Under the pieces are notes generated by a model. That model saw nothing but the letters and a program-made list of their open reading frames with translations. It was not told where the DNA came from and ran no database searches. The position numbers were made by a program, and so were the translations under genes. A DNA stretch of 64,000 nt from Solirubrobacteraceae bacterium (lineage in GTDB: Bacteria; Actinomycetota; Thermoleophilia; Solirubrobacterales; Solirubrobacteraceae), in assembly GCA_025449845.1 (NCBI GenBank), contig JANWIP010000002.1, positions 21,868 to 85,867 of the forward strand, given 5' to 3'. Shown in pieces: positions 1 to 8,487 of the stretch. Within the stretch, counting starts at the first letter, position 1. The number at the start of each line of letters is the position of its first letter.

Positions 1-162
1 CACGATCCACAACGCACGCTGGAGCGCGGATATGCGCTGGTGCAGAGCCCGACAGGCGAGCCGCTTGCGACAGCCGAGCAGGCCAAGCGACAGGGCAATG
101 TGCAACTGCGCTTCGCCGACGATACGGTTGCGGCCAGGATCGAGCCCAATGACGATGACTGA
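1..162 (+). CDS. xseA: exodeoxyribonuclease VII large subunit, C-terminal fragment (runs off the window start)
   Basis: Frame 1 is open from base 1 to TGA at 160-162 (..LERGYALVQSPTGEPL..). It overlaps the xseB start and sits immediately upstream of xseB, as in the canonical xseAB pair. Confidence 0.6.
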   Translation, partial: HDPQRTLERGYALVQSPTGEPLATAEQAKRQGNVQLRFADDTVAARIEPNDDD

Positions 163-409
163 CACACCCCCAGCGCCCAAGCAGACATACGAGGCCGCGG
201 CTGCACGCGTGGAGGAGATCATCCGCCGTCTGGACTCCGGCGAGGCCAGCCTGGGTGAGACGCTGGAGCTCGTGAAAGAGGGCAAGACGCTGATCGAATA
301 TTGCGCCGGCGAGCTTGAGGCTGTCGGGGGGGCGCTAGAGGAGATGCGCCTGGACGAGCTGGTGGCGCGTCTGGAACGCGATGCCGGCAGCGGCGGAGGC
401 AACCCGTGA
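149..409 (+). CDS. xseB: exodeoxyribonuclease VII small subunit
   Basis: ATG at 149. The sequence YEAAAARVEEIIRRLDSGEASLGETLELVKEGKTLIEYC is typical of XseB. The 32..409 ORF was trimmed to the internal ATG that overlaps the xseA stop. Confidence 0.85.
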   Translation: MTMTDTPPAPKQTYEAAAARVEEIIRRLDSGEASLGETLELVKEGKTLIEYCAGELEAVGGALEEMRLDELVARLERDAGSGGGNP

Positions 410-488
410 GCCGTAGGGCACTCGTGAGCCGTGGGCAACTCGTGAGCCGTGGGCAACTCATGAGCCGTGGGGGCAACTTGTGAGCACC
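396..488 (+). repeat. 18-bp tandem array (about 5 copies, GTGAGCCGTGGGCAACTC) spanning the xseB stop to the next gene's GTG start
   Basis: GTGA/ATGA motifs at 406, 424, 442, 460 and 480, with spacings 18, 18, 18 and 20. The first copy holds the xseB TGA (407-409). The last copy holds the GTG start at 480. Confidence 0.9.
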
Positions 489-1529
489 TGGGAGCTGCTT
501 GCAGAGCTGCCGGTGGAGATCGAGAGCTGCACGCTGGAGGGCCTCTCGGCGAAGGTTTCGAGCGACTTTGAACGCCTGTCCACCGTCATCCACCTGCATG
601 GCAAGGATGAGGAGGGCATGGGTGAGGACGTGACATATGACGCCCCGGACCACGAAATCCTCCAGGCCGCCGGACCCCCGCCGGAGCTCAAAGGCAGCTG
701 GACTATGGCCAGCTTCTGCGAGCAGGTGGCCAAGCTGGACCTGTTCCCGGAGCTCCCTCAGCGCGAAGTGTCGCGGCGTTACCGGGTGTGGGCGTATGAG
801 TCCGCCGCTCTTGATCTGGCGCTGCGTCAGGCAGGTACCACGCTGCACCAAGCACTGGGGCGCACTCCTGAGCCGGTGCGCTTTGTGGTGTCGCTGCGCC
901 TGGGCGAGCCTCCCATCATGGAGCCGCTGCGCAGGCGCCTGGACCTGTACCCGTGGCTGAACTTCAAGCTCGACCCCACGAGCTCCTGGAGCCAGCCGCT
1001 AATCGAGGAGCTCAAGGCAACGGGCGCTGTGGAGTCGGTGGACTTCAAGGCGTACTACACAGGCTCGATCGTGGACCAGCCGGCGGACCCGGTGCTGTAC
1101 CGGCGCGTGGTCGAGGCGTTCCCGGACGCCTGGATCGAGGACCCGGCGCTAACGATCGAGACGGAGCCGGTCCTGGCGCTGCACCGCGAGCGCTTCTCCT
1201 GGGACGCGCCGATCCACTCGATCGAGGACATTCAGTCGCTGCTCTACCCACCGCGGATGGTGAACATCAAGCCTTCGCGTCTGGGCGGGCTGCGCAACCT
1301 GCTGGACGCGTTTGACTTCTGCGCCCAGCAGGGCATCGGCAACTACGGCGGCGGCCAGTTCGAGCTGGGCGTGGGTCGCGGTCAGATCCAGTACCTGGCG
1401 TCGCTGTTCCACGCGGACGCCCCCAACGACGTGGCCCCCACAGGCTTCAACCTGCCCGAGCCGGCGCCTGGACTGCCCTCAAGCCCTTTGGCGCCGACGG
1501 CGTCGGATACGGGCTTTCGCTGGGGTTAG
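480..1529 (+). CDS. enolase-superfamily-like protein (MR/MLE-type C-terminal barrel motifs), function unknown
   Basis: 349-aa ORF with GTG start. WIEDP and VNIKPSRLGG resemble the metal-ligand and barrel motifs of mandelate racemase/muconate-lactonizing enzymes. The family assignment is tentative. Confidence 0.5.
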   Translation: MSTWELLAELPVEIESCTLEGLSAKVSSDFERLSTVIHLHGKDEEGMGEDVTYDAPDHEILQAAGPPPELKGSWTMASFCEQVAKLDLFPELPQREVSRRYRVWAYESAALDLALRQAGTTLHQALGRTPEPVRFVVSLRLGEPPIMEPLRRRLDLYPWLNFKLDPTSSWSQPLIEELKATGAVESVDFKAYYTGSIVDQPADPVLYRRVVEAFPDAWIEDPALTIETEPVLALHRERFSWDAPIHSIEDIQSLLYPPRMVNIKPSRLGGLRNLLDAFDFCAQQGIGNYGGGQFELGVGRGQIQYLASLFHADAPNDVAPTGFNLPEPAPGLPSSPLAPTASDTGFRWG

Positions 1530-1609
1530 CCGCAACTTCTCTGCCGCGGCGCGGTTGGGAATCCCATAGTCGCTATGGTCGGGCGCCCGCCGCGCCCAGC
1601 CTCACAGTC

Positions 1610-3172
1610 ATGGCAAGCAAAGGTATCCACAAGCGCTCCTGGTCCTGGGCTGCGGCAGCCATTCTGGTGCTGCTGAGCATGCTGGCGCACGCCCCGGGAG
1701 TCTTGGCGAGCGCCAACCCCGGAGGCACCTCCCCCGGCGCCACTCCCAGCACCGGCCCCACGGGAGGGGCGACTCCCGCGGCTGCTCCGCGCCGCGCCAC
1801 CAGCCGCGGCAGGCGCGTGGTGAGGTTGTCGGACGCGCGCTGCGCGCCGTCCCCGAGCTGCACCACGAACCCCCATCAGGTGTCGGTGCGCGGTTACCTG
1901 GTGCTCTCGGGGCGGGGTCTTGAGAAGGGCCTGCGCGTGGCGTTCCCGCGCGTGCGCAACGCGGCGATCGCCCCCAACTCGCCGATGGCTCGCATCTACC
2001 AGTCGCCTTCGGGCTTGGCGGTGCACCTGCCGGGCAGCGCGCACTCGGGGCGGATCGCGGTGCTGGTGGGAGGCGGGCGGAAGTCCAACCCGGTAGGGCC
2101 GATCACGGTGCTTCCGTACGCGCTGCACCCTCCGCGGCCGAAAGCCCCGGCCCCCGCCCCTCCGGCGCAAGCGGCCAACGGGAGCGCGTTCGAAGGCCAG
2201 GGCATGTGGATCTGGTACGTCAGCAAGTCCTCAGGCGGCAACCTCCCGGCGCTCGTGGCGCAGGCCCACGCGGCAGGCGTCAGCACCGTGTTCGTGAAGA
2301 GCAGCGACGGCTCAAGCAACTACTGGAGCCAGTTCTCACCGGAACTGGTGGCGACGCTGCACGCCAACGGCCTGAAGGTCTGCGGCTGGCAGTACGTCTA
2401 CGGCACGAACCCCGTCGGCGAGGCTGAACTGGGCGCGCGCGCCGCGCAGGCAGGCGCGGACTGCCTCGTGATCGATGCGGAGTCAGAGTACGAAGGCCAC
2501 TACGCCTCAGCGCAGAAGTACATCGAAACGCTGCGCGCGGCTGTAGGCCCCGCCTACCCGGTAGGCCTGGCCTCCTTCCCCTACGTCGACTACCACGAGT
2601 CCGAGCCCTACTCCGTCTTCATGGGCCCCAATGGCGCGCAGTTCAACGCGCCGCAGATGTACTGGAAGGCCATCGGCACCTCGGTGGCCAACGTCTTCGC
2701 GCACACCTACGAGGAGAACCTGATCTACGGCCGCGCGATCGCGCCGCTGGGGCAGACTTATGAAAACCCCTCCTCCTCGGATCTCGTGGCCTTCCGCTCG
2801 CTGGCGGCGGCCTATGGCGCGCGCGGGCTGTCGTGGTGGGACTGGCAGGAGACCTCGACAGGTGGCTGGGCTGCCCTGGCGGAACCGCTGAACACGAGCC
2901 TGACGGTGCCCAACCCCGAGCTGACCTCTCCCCTGCTGGGCGAAGGCTCAAAGGGCGATCAGGTGCTCTGGATGCAGGAGCACCTCGCCACTGCCATCCC
3001 GGCGCAGGCGACGAGCGGCATCTTCGATGCGACCACGGCGTCTTATCTGGCGCAGTTCCAGACGGCTCATGGCATCCCAGCGACGGGCAAGACGGACCCG
3101 AGCACCTGGGCTGCGCTGCTGGCCTTGCCCCCCGTCGCCGTGGACTGGACCGGCGGCGGCCCCGCGGGCTGA
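1610..3172 (+). CDS. secreted protein with a glycoside-hydrolase-like (GHL10/DUF4015-like) core and a C-terminal peptidoglycan-binding domain
   Basis: Signal-peptide-like N-terminus (WSWAAAAILVLLSMLAHAPGVLASA). The C-terminus GDQVLWMQEHL..FDATTASYLAQFQTAHGIPATGKTDPSTWAAL matches the PG_binding_1 pattern. Confidence 0.6.
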   Translation: MASKGIHKRSWSWAAAAILVLLSMLAHAPGVLASANPGGTSPGATPSTGPTGGATPAAAPRRATSRGRRVVRLSDARCAPSPSCTTNPHQVSVRGYLVLSGRGLEKGLRVAFPRVRNAAIAPNSPMARIYQSPSGLAVHLPGSAHSGRIAVLVGGGRKSNPVGPITVLPYALHPPRPKAPAPAPPAQAANGSAFEGQGMWIWYVSKSSGGNLPALVAQAHAAGVSTVFVKSSDGSSNYWSQFSPELVATLHANGLKVCGWQYVYGTNPVGEAELGARAAQAGADCLVIDAESEYEGHYASAQKYIETLRAAVGPAYPVGLASFPYVDYHESEPYSVFMGPNGAQFNAPQMYWKAIGTSVANVFAHTYEENLIYGRAIAPLGQTYENPSSSDLVAFRSLAAAYGARGLSWWDWQETSTGGWAALAEPLNTSLTVPNPELTSPLLGEGSKGDQVLWMQEHLATAIPAQATSGIFDATTASYLAQFQTAHGIPATGKTDPSTWAALLALPPVAVDWTGGGPAG

Positions 3173-3282
3173 AAGCCAGAATCCCGCGCGGCGAGTTAGG
3201 CCGCGGCCCGGCGCAATCCACGCCGACCGCGGCCAACACAGGACAAGGGATTGGGACCCCACCCGCCCTCCTCCTCAAAAAA

Positions 3283-4473
3283 TCAGACGCGCTGGATGAG
3301 CGTGCCGGTGCCCAATCCCCCGCCACAGCACATCGTCACGAAGCCGATCTCCTTGTCGCTGCGCTCCAGCTCGTGCAGCAGCGTCGTGATCAGGCGTGCG
3401 CCGGTGGAGCCGAGCGGATGCCCGAGGGCCATCGCGCCGCCGTTGACGTTGACGCGATCCATGTCGGGGTTGTGCTCGCGGCGCCAAGCGGCGACGACGG
3501 GCGCGAAAGCCTCGTTGATCTCGAACAGATCGATGTCGTCGATCTTCATATCGTTGCGCTTCAGGATCTTGGCGGTCGCCGGGATCGGGCCCTCAAGCAT
3601 CTTCACGGGGTCACAGCCCACCGTCGTCTGATCCACGATGCGCGCGCGGGGCTTCAGGCCCAGCTCCTTGGCCTTCTCAGCCGACATCAGCAGCACCGCG
3701 GCGGCGCCATCGCTGATCTGTGACGCGTTGCCCGCCGTCACCTTGCCGTCCGGCTTGAAGGCCGGCTTGAGCTGCGACAGCGTCTCCAGGTTGGTGCCCG
3801 GGCGGATGCCCTGGTCGGTCACATAGGTGTCGCCACCTGTGCCCGTATGGGTATTGACCTCGAAGGGCACGATCTCGCGCTCGAAGCGACCCTCCTCCGT
3901 GGCCTGGTGGGCGAGCTTGTGCGAGCGCACCGCCAGCTCATCCAGCTCGCTGCGGGAGATCTCCCACTCGTCCGCGATCATCTCCGCACCGAGGCCCTGG
4001 CCGACGATGTTGTGCTTGGCCATCAGCGCCGGCGTGAAGGCGAAGCCGAACTCCTCCTGCGTCTTCATTCCGGCCGCGAATGGGAAGTGCCCCATGTGCT
4101 CGACGCCGCTGCCGATCATCGCGTCGTGCACGCCTGCTGCGATCAATGCCGCGCTGAAGTTGACGGCCTGCTGCGCGCTGCCGCACTGACGGTCGACGGT
4201 GGTGCCGGGGGTCTCGATCGGCAGTCCTTCCTGCAGCCACGCATTGCGGGCGATGTTAAAGCCCTGCTCTCCGAACTGCTGCACGCAGCCGGCGATCACG
4301 TCCTCCACCTCACCGGCGGGAATGCCAGCGCGCGCGATGACCTCCGTGTAGACCTTGCCCAGCAGATCGTTGGGGTGGGTGTCCTTGTAGTAGCCCTTCT
4401 CCTTGTGACCTCTGCCGATCGGCGTGCGTACCGCCTCGACAATGACTACTTCGCGGCCTTCTGGCTGCCTCAT
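3283..4473 (-). CDS. acetyl-CoA acetyltransferase (thiolase)
   Basis: Thiolase motifs VDRQCGSAQQA, NVNGGAMALGHPLGSTG and CCGGGLGTG. The ATG at 4473 is preceded by a GGAGGA RBS. The longer 4548 start was rejected. Confidence 0.9.
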   Translation of the reverse strand: MRQPEGREVVIVEAVRTPIGRGHKEKGYYKDTHPNDLLGKVYTEVIARAGIPAGEVEDVIAGCVQQFGEQGFNIARNAWLQEGLPIETPGTTVDRQCGSAQQAVNFSAALIAAGVHDAMIGSGVEHMGHFPFAAGMKTQEEFGFAFTPALMAKHNIVGQGLGAEMIADEWEISRSELDELAVRSHKLAHQATEEGRFEREIVPFEVNTHTGTGGDTYVTDQGIRPGTNLETLSQLKPAFKPDGKVTAGNASQISDGAAAVLLMSAEKAKELGLKPRARIVDQTTVGCDPVKMLEGPIPATAKILKRNDMKIDDIDLFEINEAFAPVVAAWRREHNPDMDRVNVNGGAMALGHPLGSTGARLITTLLHELERSDKEIGFVTMCCGGGLGTGTLIQRV

Positions 4474-4572
4474 GATGGGAAGTCCTCCGTGTTTTGGTGG
4501 GAGTGGCGGAGGGCTGCTGTGGAAGCCGGACCCGGCGCCTGCAAGCAATATTCTACCGTGTCTGTCGACTAG

Positions 4573-4590
4573 ATTGACTAGTCAGTCAAT
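4573..4590. promoter_or_regulatory. inverted repeat ATTGACT-AGTC-AGTCAAT in the divergent thiolase/3-hydroxyacyl-CoA dehydrogenase promoter region (candidate operator)
   Basis: Perfect 7-bp arms separated by 4 bp, in an AT-richer patch between two divergent beta-oxidation-type genes. Confidence 0.35.
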
Positions 4591-4679
4591 CTCGCGCGGC
4601 GCACGGGACCACATCTCTGACACTATCCCCGGCCGCAGTTCACAGCATCACCCCCCACCTATCTGAGTAGAGGAAAAGC

Positions 4680-5474
4680 GTGAACGAACGCCTTGCCATC
4701 GTCGGCAGCGGGGCCATCGCCTGCGGTCTGGCCGCCACGGCGGCCCACCATGGGCCAGTGCTGCTGCTGGCTCGCTCCAGCAGCTCGGCCGAGCGCGCGA
4801 AGGCAACGGTGGAGAAGACGCTTGAGCGCATGGGTGCCGAGATCGACCCTGAGCACGTGCAGATCGTCACCGACCCACAGGCACTGGTGGAGGCGACGTT
4901 CGTGGTCGAGGCCGTAGTGGAGGACCTCGCGGTGAAGTCGGCGGTGTTAAGCGAGCTGAACGGCATCCTGGGCGCGGAAGCAGTACTGGCTTCAACGACC
5001 TCATCGCTGTCGGTGCAAGAGTTGGCGCAGGCCAGCGGTCGACCGGAGAACTTCGTAGGACTGCACGTGTTCAACCCAGTGACGAAGATGCGGCTGGTCG
5101 AGCTGGTGTTCGCGGCTGACGCAAGCGAGGACACGCGCTGGCGAGCGCTGAAGCTGTGCGAGACCTTGGAGAAGACCCCCGTGGAGGTCCCCGACGTGCC
5201 GGGCTTCGTCGTCAACCGCCTGCTGTTTCCTTACCTCTTCAGCGCCGTACGGCTGCTGGAAGAGACCGGCATGGAGGCCTCCGGCGTGGATACCTGCATG
5301 AAGCTGGGCGCGGGGCACCCGATGGGGCCTCTGGCGCTGCTGGACCTTGTGGGCCTCGACGTCTCGCAGGCGATTGGCGAGACGATCGGCGAGCCGGTGC
5401 CCCCGCGTGTGGGACAGCTTGTCGCGGAAGGCGCGCTGGGCCGCAAGAGTGGTCGCGGGTTTCACAGCTACTGA
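4680..5474 (+). CDS. 3-hydroxybutyryl-CoA / 3-hydroxyacyl-CoA dehydrogenase
   Basis: N-terminal Rossmann motif IVGSGAIACG. 3HCDH-type motifs (GFVVNRLL, MGPLALLDLVGLD). GTG start with a GAGGAAAAG RBS. Confidence 0.85.
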   Translation: MNERLAIVGSGAIACGLAATAAHHGPVLLLARSSSSAERAKATVEKTLERMGAEIDPEHVQIVTDPQALVEATFVVEAVVEDLAVKSAVLSELNGILGAEAVLASTTSSLSVQELAQASGRPENFVGLHVFNPVTKMRLVELVFAADASEDTRWRALKLCETLEKTPVEVPDVPGFVVNRLLFPYLFSAVRLLEETGMEASGVDTCMKLGAGHPMGPLALLDLVGLDVSQAIGETIGEPVPPRVGQLVAEGALGRKSGRGFHSY

Positions 5475-5718
5475 CCGCTATTCCCAGCGAGCACTGACCC
5501 GAGTGCTGACGGCTCCATCCAGAGCTTGCAGGTTTTATCTCGACCATGACCACCTTTTAGGTGGGCTTGAGGCTGGTGGCGATACTGGTGATGCGACAAA
5601 GAGTCGCAACGCACACCCGCCTCCTCCCAGTGCACACGCTCCGGTCCGCACCCCCCGCGGGCCGGACGTGTTTAAGGCGCCTCCGGTGGGCCGCACCGCC
5701 CGCCGGCGCCTGTCGGCC

Positions 5719-7047
5719 CTAAGGTCCCTCCTCCGTCTCCGACTCGCGCGTGGCGACCGGCCGGCGCTCGCGGATGCGGACGGCCTCGATGCGGTTGTGC
5801 CTCACCGACTCCACGCGGATCGAGAAGCCATCCGCGGTGACCGTGTCCCCGCGCCGCGGCAGCCGCCCCAGCTGGGCGAACACAAAGCCGCCGACGGAGT
5901 TGTAGGCATCGCTGTCGGCAGGCAGCATCACACCGTGGTCGGCGAGGTCAGTGACGGCGACGTGCCCGCGCACCAGCCACTCGCCTCCCGGGAGCTTGCG
6001 GATCTCACCCGCGAGGGGGTCGGTCTCATCGACGATCTCCCCCACCACCTCCTCGATGATGTCCTCGATCGTGACGATTCCCACGACGCGGCCGTACTCA
6101 TCGACGACCACGGCCATCGAGGTCCGCTGGCGCTGCAGATCGGCGAGCAGATCGTCCAGCGGCTTGGTCTCGGGCACGATCGGCGCCTCGTGCACGATCG
6201 CCTCGATCGAGGCCTTGGGGCCCTCCTCCATGAGACGCTGCGCGAGCGTGCTGGCGTGCACGATGCCCCGCACGCGATCGCGGTTGCCTTCCTCGGTGAC
6301 CACCAGGCGGGTGTGGCCGCTTGAGACACACAGCTTGAGACACGCCTCGACATCTTCTGAGACGTCGATCGTGACGACGGCGGGGATCGGGGTCATCACC
6401 TGACGAGCCTCCTGCTCGTGCAGCTGGAAGACCCCGCTGAGCATTCCGGCCTCACCGGGGTCGAGATGACCGCCGGCGTAAGACTCGGCGATCAGGCGCT
6501 TGAGCTCCTCCTGTGAGCCACCGACGCTTTGTCGGGACATATCCACGCCCAGCACCCGCAGAATCCGGCTGGATGCGGCCGTCAGCACGACGATGAACGG
6601 ATGAAACAGGGTCGCGAAGCCCTGCAACGGACGAGCCACGCGACGGGCCACGGTCTCCGCGTGCTCGATCGCGTAGAACTTCGGCACCATCTCGCCCGCG
6701 ATCAGCTGCGCCGTCGTGATCACCGCGAAGGCCAGCACAGCGGCGATCACCAGGGCCACCCCTTCGGATAAGGCACCCCCGAGCGCGCCGCTCAGCAAGC
6801 TGGCCAGCGCCGGCGCGCCGAGCGCGCCGATGCCGATCGACGTCATCGTCACGCCGATCTGCACCGCCGAGATGTACTCGTTGATGTTCGCCAGCTGCCC
6901 CAGGGCCAGACCCGCGCCGCGCTGGCCGTCCTCCTGCATCAGCTCCAGCCGCGCCCGGCGCGAGCGGATCAGCGCGTACTCCGCGATCACGAAGAACGCG
7001 TTGAGCGCGATCAGCACGGCCGTGAAGAGAAGCTTCAGGCCGCTCAC
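5719..7047 (-). CDS. HlyC/CorC (CNNM) family transporter: DUF21 membrane domain, CBS pair and CorC_HlyC domain
   Basis: 442-aa ORF. The hydrophobic N-terminal half is followed by a CBS-pair region and a C-terminal CorC-like segment (..GDTVTADGFSIRVESVRHNRIEAVRI). Confidence 0.85.
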   Translation of the reverse strand: MSGLKLLFTAVLIALNAFFVIAEYALIRSRRARLELMQEDGQRGAGLALGQLANINEYISAVQIGVTMTSIGIGALGAPALASLLSGALGGALSEGVALVIAAVLAFAVITTAQLIAGEMVPKFYAIEHAETVARRVARPLQGFATLFHPFIVVLTAASSRILRVLGVDMSRQSVGGSQEELKRLIAESYAGGHLDPGEAGMLSGVFQLHEQEARQVMTPIPAVVTIDVSEDVEACLKLCVSSGHTRLVVTEEGNRDRVRGIVHASTLAQRLMEEGPKASIEAIVHEAPIVPETKPLDDLLADLQRQRTSMAVVVDEYGRVVGIVTIEDIIEEVVGEIVDETDPLAGEIRKLPGGEWLVRGHVAVTDLADHGVMLPADSDAYNSVGGFVFAQLGRLPRRGDTVTADGFSIRVESVRHNRIEAVRIRERRPVATRESETEEGP

Positions 7048-7141
7048 GCGGAGGTGCTACTTCGAGGAAGTGATTCTTCGTCGTCTGTCATTGGTGGCGA
7101 CCAGCTAAAGGTAGCAGGGGCCACGGTCGGCGTCAGAATAC

Positions 7142-7420
7142 TCAGCCCAATCCGTCGATCTCAGCCGCCAGCGCGAAGTCGGCTCCCGTGAGGCCTCCCT
7201 GCGAATGCGTGCTGAGCTCCAGGCGCACCTTGTTCCAGCCGTGCACGAGGATGTCGGGATGGTGGTTGGCCCGCTCGGCCAGCTCGGCGACGCGATTGAC
7301 GAAGACAATGGCCGCGGCGAAGTCAGCCAACTTCCACTCACGTACGATCGCCTCGCCCTCACGAGCCCAGTCGCTGTCCGCGAGCTGCTGCTCGATCTCC
7401 TCATCGCTCAGCCTGCTCAT
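7142..7420 (-). CDS. 4a-hydroxytetrahydrobiopterin (pterin-4-alpha-carbinolamine) dehydratase
   Basis: 92 aa. Contains FVNRVAELAERANHHPD..W..V..L.TH, the characteristic PCD motif. Confidence 0.85.
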   Translation of the reverse strand: MSRLSDEEIEQQLADSDWAREGEAIVREWKLADFAAAIVFVNRVAELAERANHHPDILVHGWNKVRLELSTHSQGGLTGADFALAAEIDGLG

Positions 7421-7498
7421 CCTCGAACCTCCTGCTCGCTCAACCTACTCATCACTCAATCTCCCAATCGTTTGCGCGCGGGCACTACATTCCGGGGT

Positions 7499-8398
7499 AT
7501 GCGCATCGTCAGCCTGGTCCCGCACGCCACGGAACTGCTGTTCGCGCTCGGCCTCGGAGACGAGGTTATCGCGGTGACGCACGAGTGCGACCACCCTACG
7601 CGAGCGTTGAAGCTGCGGCACGTGACGCGCGACATGCTTCCGCAGGGCCTGAGCGCGGCGGAGATCGACGCAGCGGTGCGCGAGCGCACGCTGAACGGCG
7701 GATCGATCTACGAGCTGGATGAGCAAGCTCTGCGCGCACTGAACCCCGACCTGATCGTCACACAGGCGCTCTGCCCGGTCTGCGCGGTCTCTCATACCGA
7801 GGTGGTTGAGCTGGCCAAGAGCATCCCCTCCCAGCCGCGCGTGCTGGCACTGGACCCCAAGACGCTTGGCGAGACGCTGGGTGACGTGCGCACCGTGGCA
7901 CAGGCCACCGACAGCCGCGACGCGGGCGTGGAGCTGATCGCCCGCATCGCGGGTCGCATCGACCGCGTCAAGCTGGCCGTGCGTGGCCGGCGACGCCCGC
8001 GCGTCGCGGCGCTGGAGTGGCTTGACCCGGTATTCGTGGCCGGCCACTGGACGCCTCAGCTGATCGACTTCGCCGGCGGCGAAGACGTGCTGGGGTTCGC
8101 GGGCGAACACTCGGAGGTGTTCACCTGGGAGGCGGTGGCGGCGGCGGAGCCTGAGATCGTCGTTGTGATGCCCTGCGGCTACGACGCCTCCCGGGCGCAC
8201 GAGGAGGCGATGACGTACGCCGAGCAGCTGGCTGGCCTGGGCGCGCGTCAGGTGGTGGCGGTCAACGCCTCGGCCTACTTCTCACGCCCCGGACCGCGGT
8301 TGGTCGATGGGCTTGAGCTGCTGGCGCACATCCTGCATCCCCAGGCCGTCGAGCAGGCCCCGGAGGAGGCGATCGCAGTCGAGCTGGTGAGCGTCTGA
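7499..8398 (+). CDS. BtuF/FhuD-like (cobalamin or Fe-siderophore type) substrate-binding protein with no obvious signal peptide
   Basis: The internal ATG at 7499 gives MRIVSLVPHATELLFALGLGDEVIAVTHECDHP, typical of the helical-backbone binding-protein family. The upstream part of the 7205 ORF overlaps the opposite-strand gene. Confidence 0.65.
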   Translation: MRIVSLVPHATELLFALGLGDEVIAVTHECDHPTRALKLRHVTRDMLPQGLSAAEIDAAVRERTLNGGSIYELDEQALRALNPDLIVTQALCPVCAVSHTEVVELAKSIPSQPRVLALDPKTLGETLGDVRTVAQATDSRDAGVELIARIAGRIDRVKLAVRGRRRPRVAALEWLDPVFVAGHWTPQLIDFAGGEDVLGFAGEHSEVFTWEAVAAAEPEIVVVMPCGYDASRAHEEAMTYAEQLAGLGARQVVAVNASAYFSRPGPRLVDGLELLAHILHPQAVEQAPEEAIAVELVSV

Positions 8399-8484
8399 GC
8401 GTCTGAAAGGGCCTTTGACGGCCGAAGGGCTTGACGGCTGAGCGGCTTTGACGGCCGAAGAGTTGGCGGCAGAGCTTGACGAGA
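8391..8484. repeat. stop-codon duplication (GCGTCTGA x2) followed by 16-18-bp repeats (AAGGGCTTTGACGGCCG, about 4 copies) between convergent genes
   Basis: GCGTCTGA at 8391-8398 (contains the stop) and again at 8399-8406. Copies at 8407-8424, 8425-8440 and 8441-8457, with degenerate copies to about 8484. Confidence 0.8.
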
Positions 8485-8487
8485 TGA

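Noticed and set aside
5474-5719. Possible small RNA between convergent hbd and CNNM genes (several 5-6-bp hairpins such as AGCACT..AGTGCT, CCACC-TTTTA-GGTGG and GCGAC..GTCGC)
   Set aside because: The stems are short, and no tRNA-like or known riboswitch architecture was recognised. They may be weak terminators. There is not enough evidence to call a feature.
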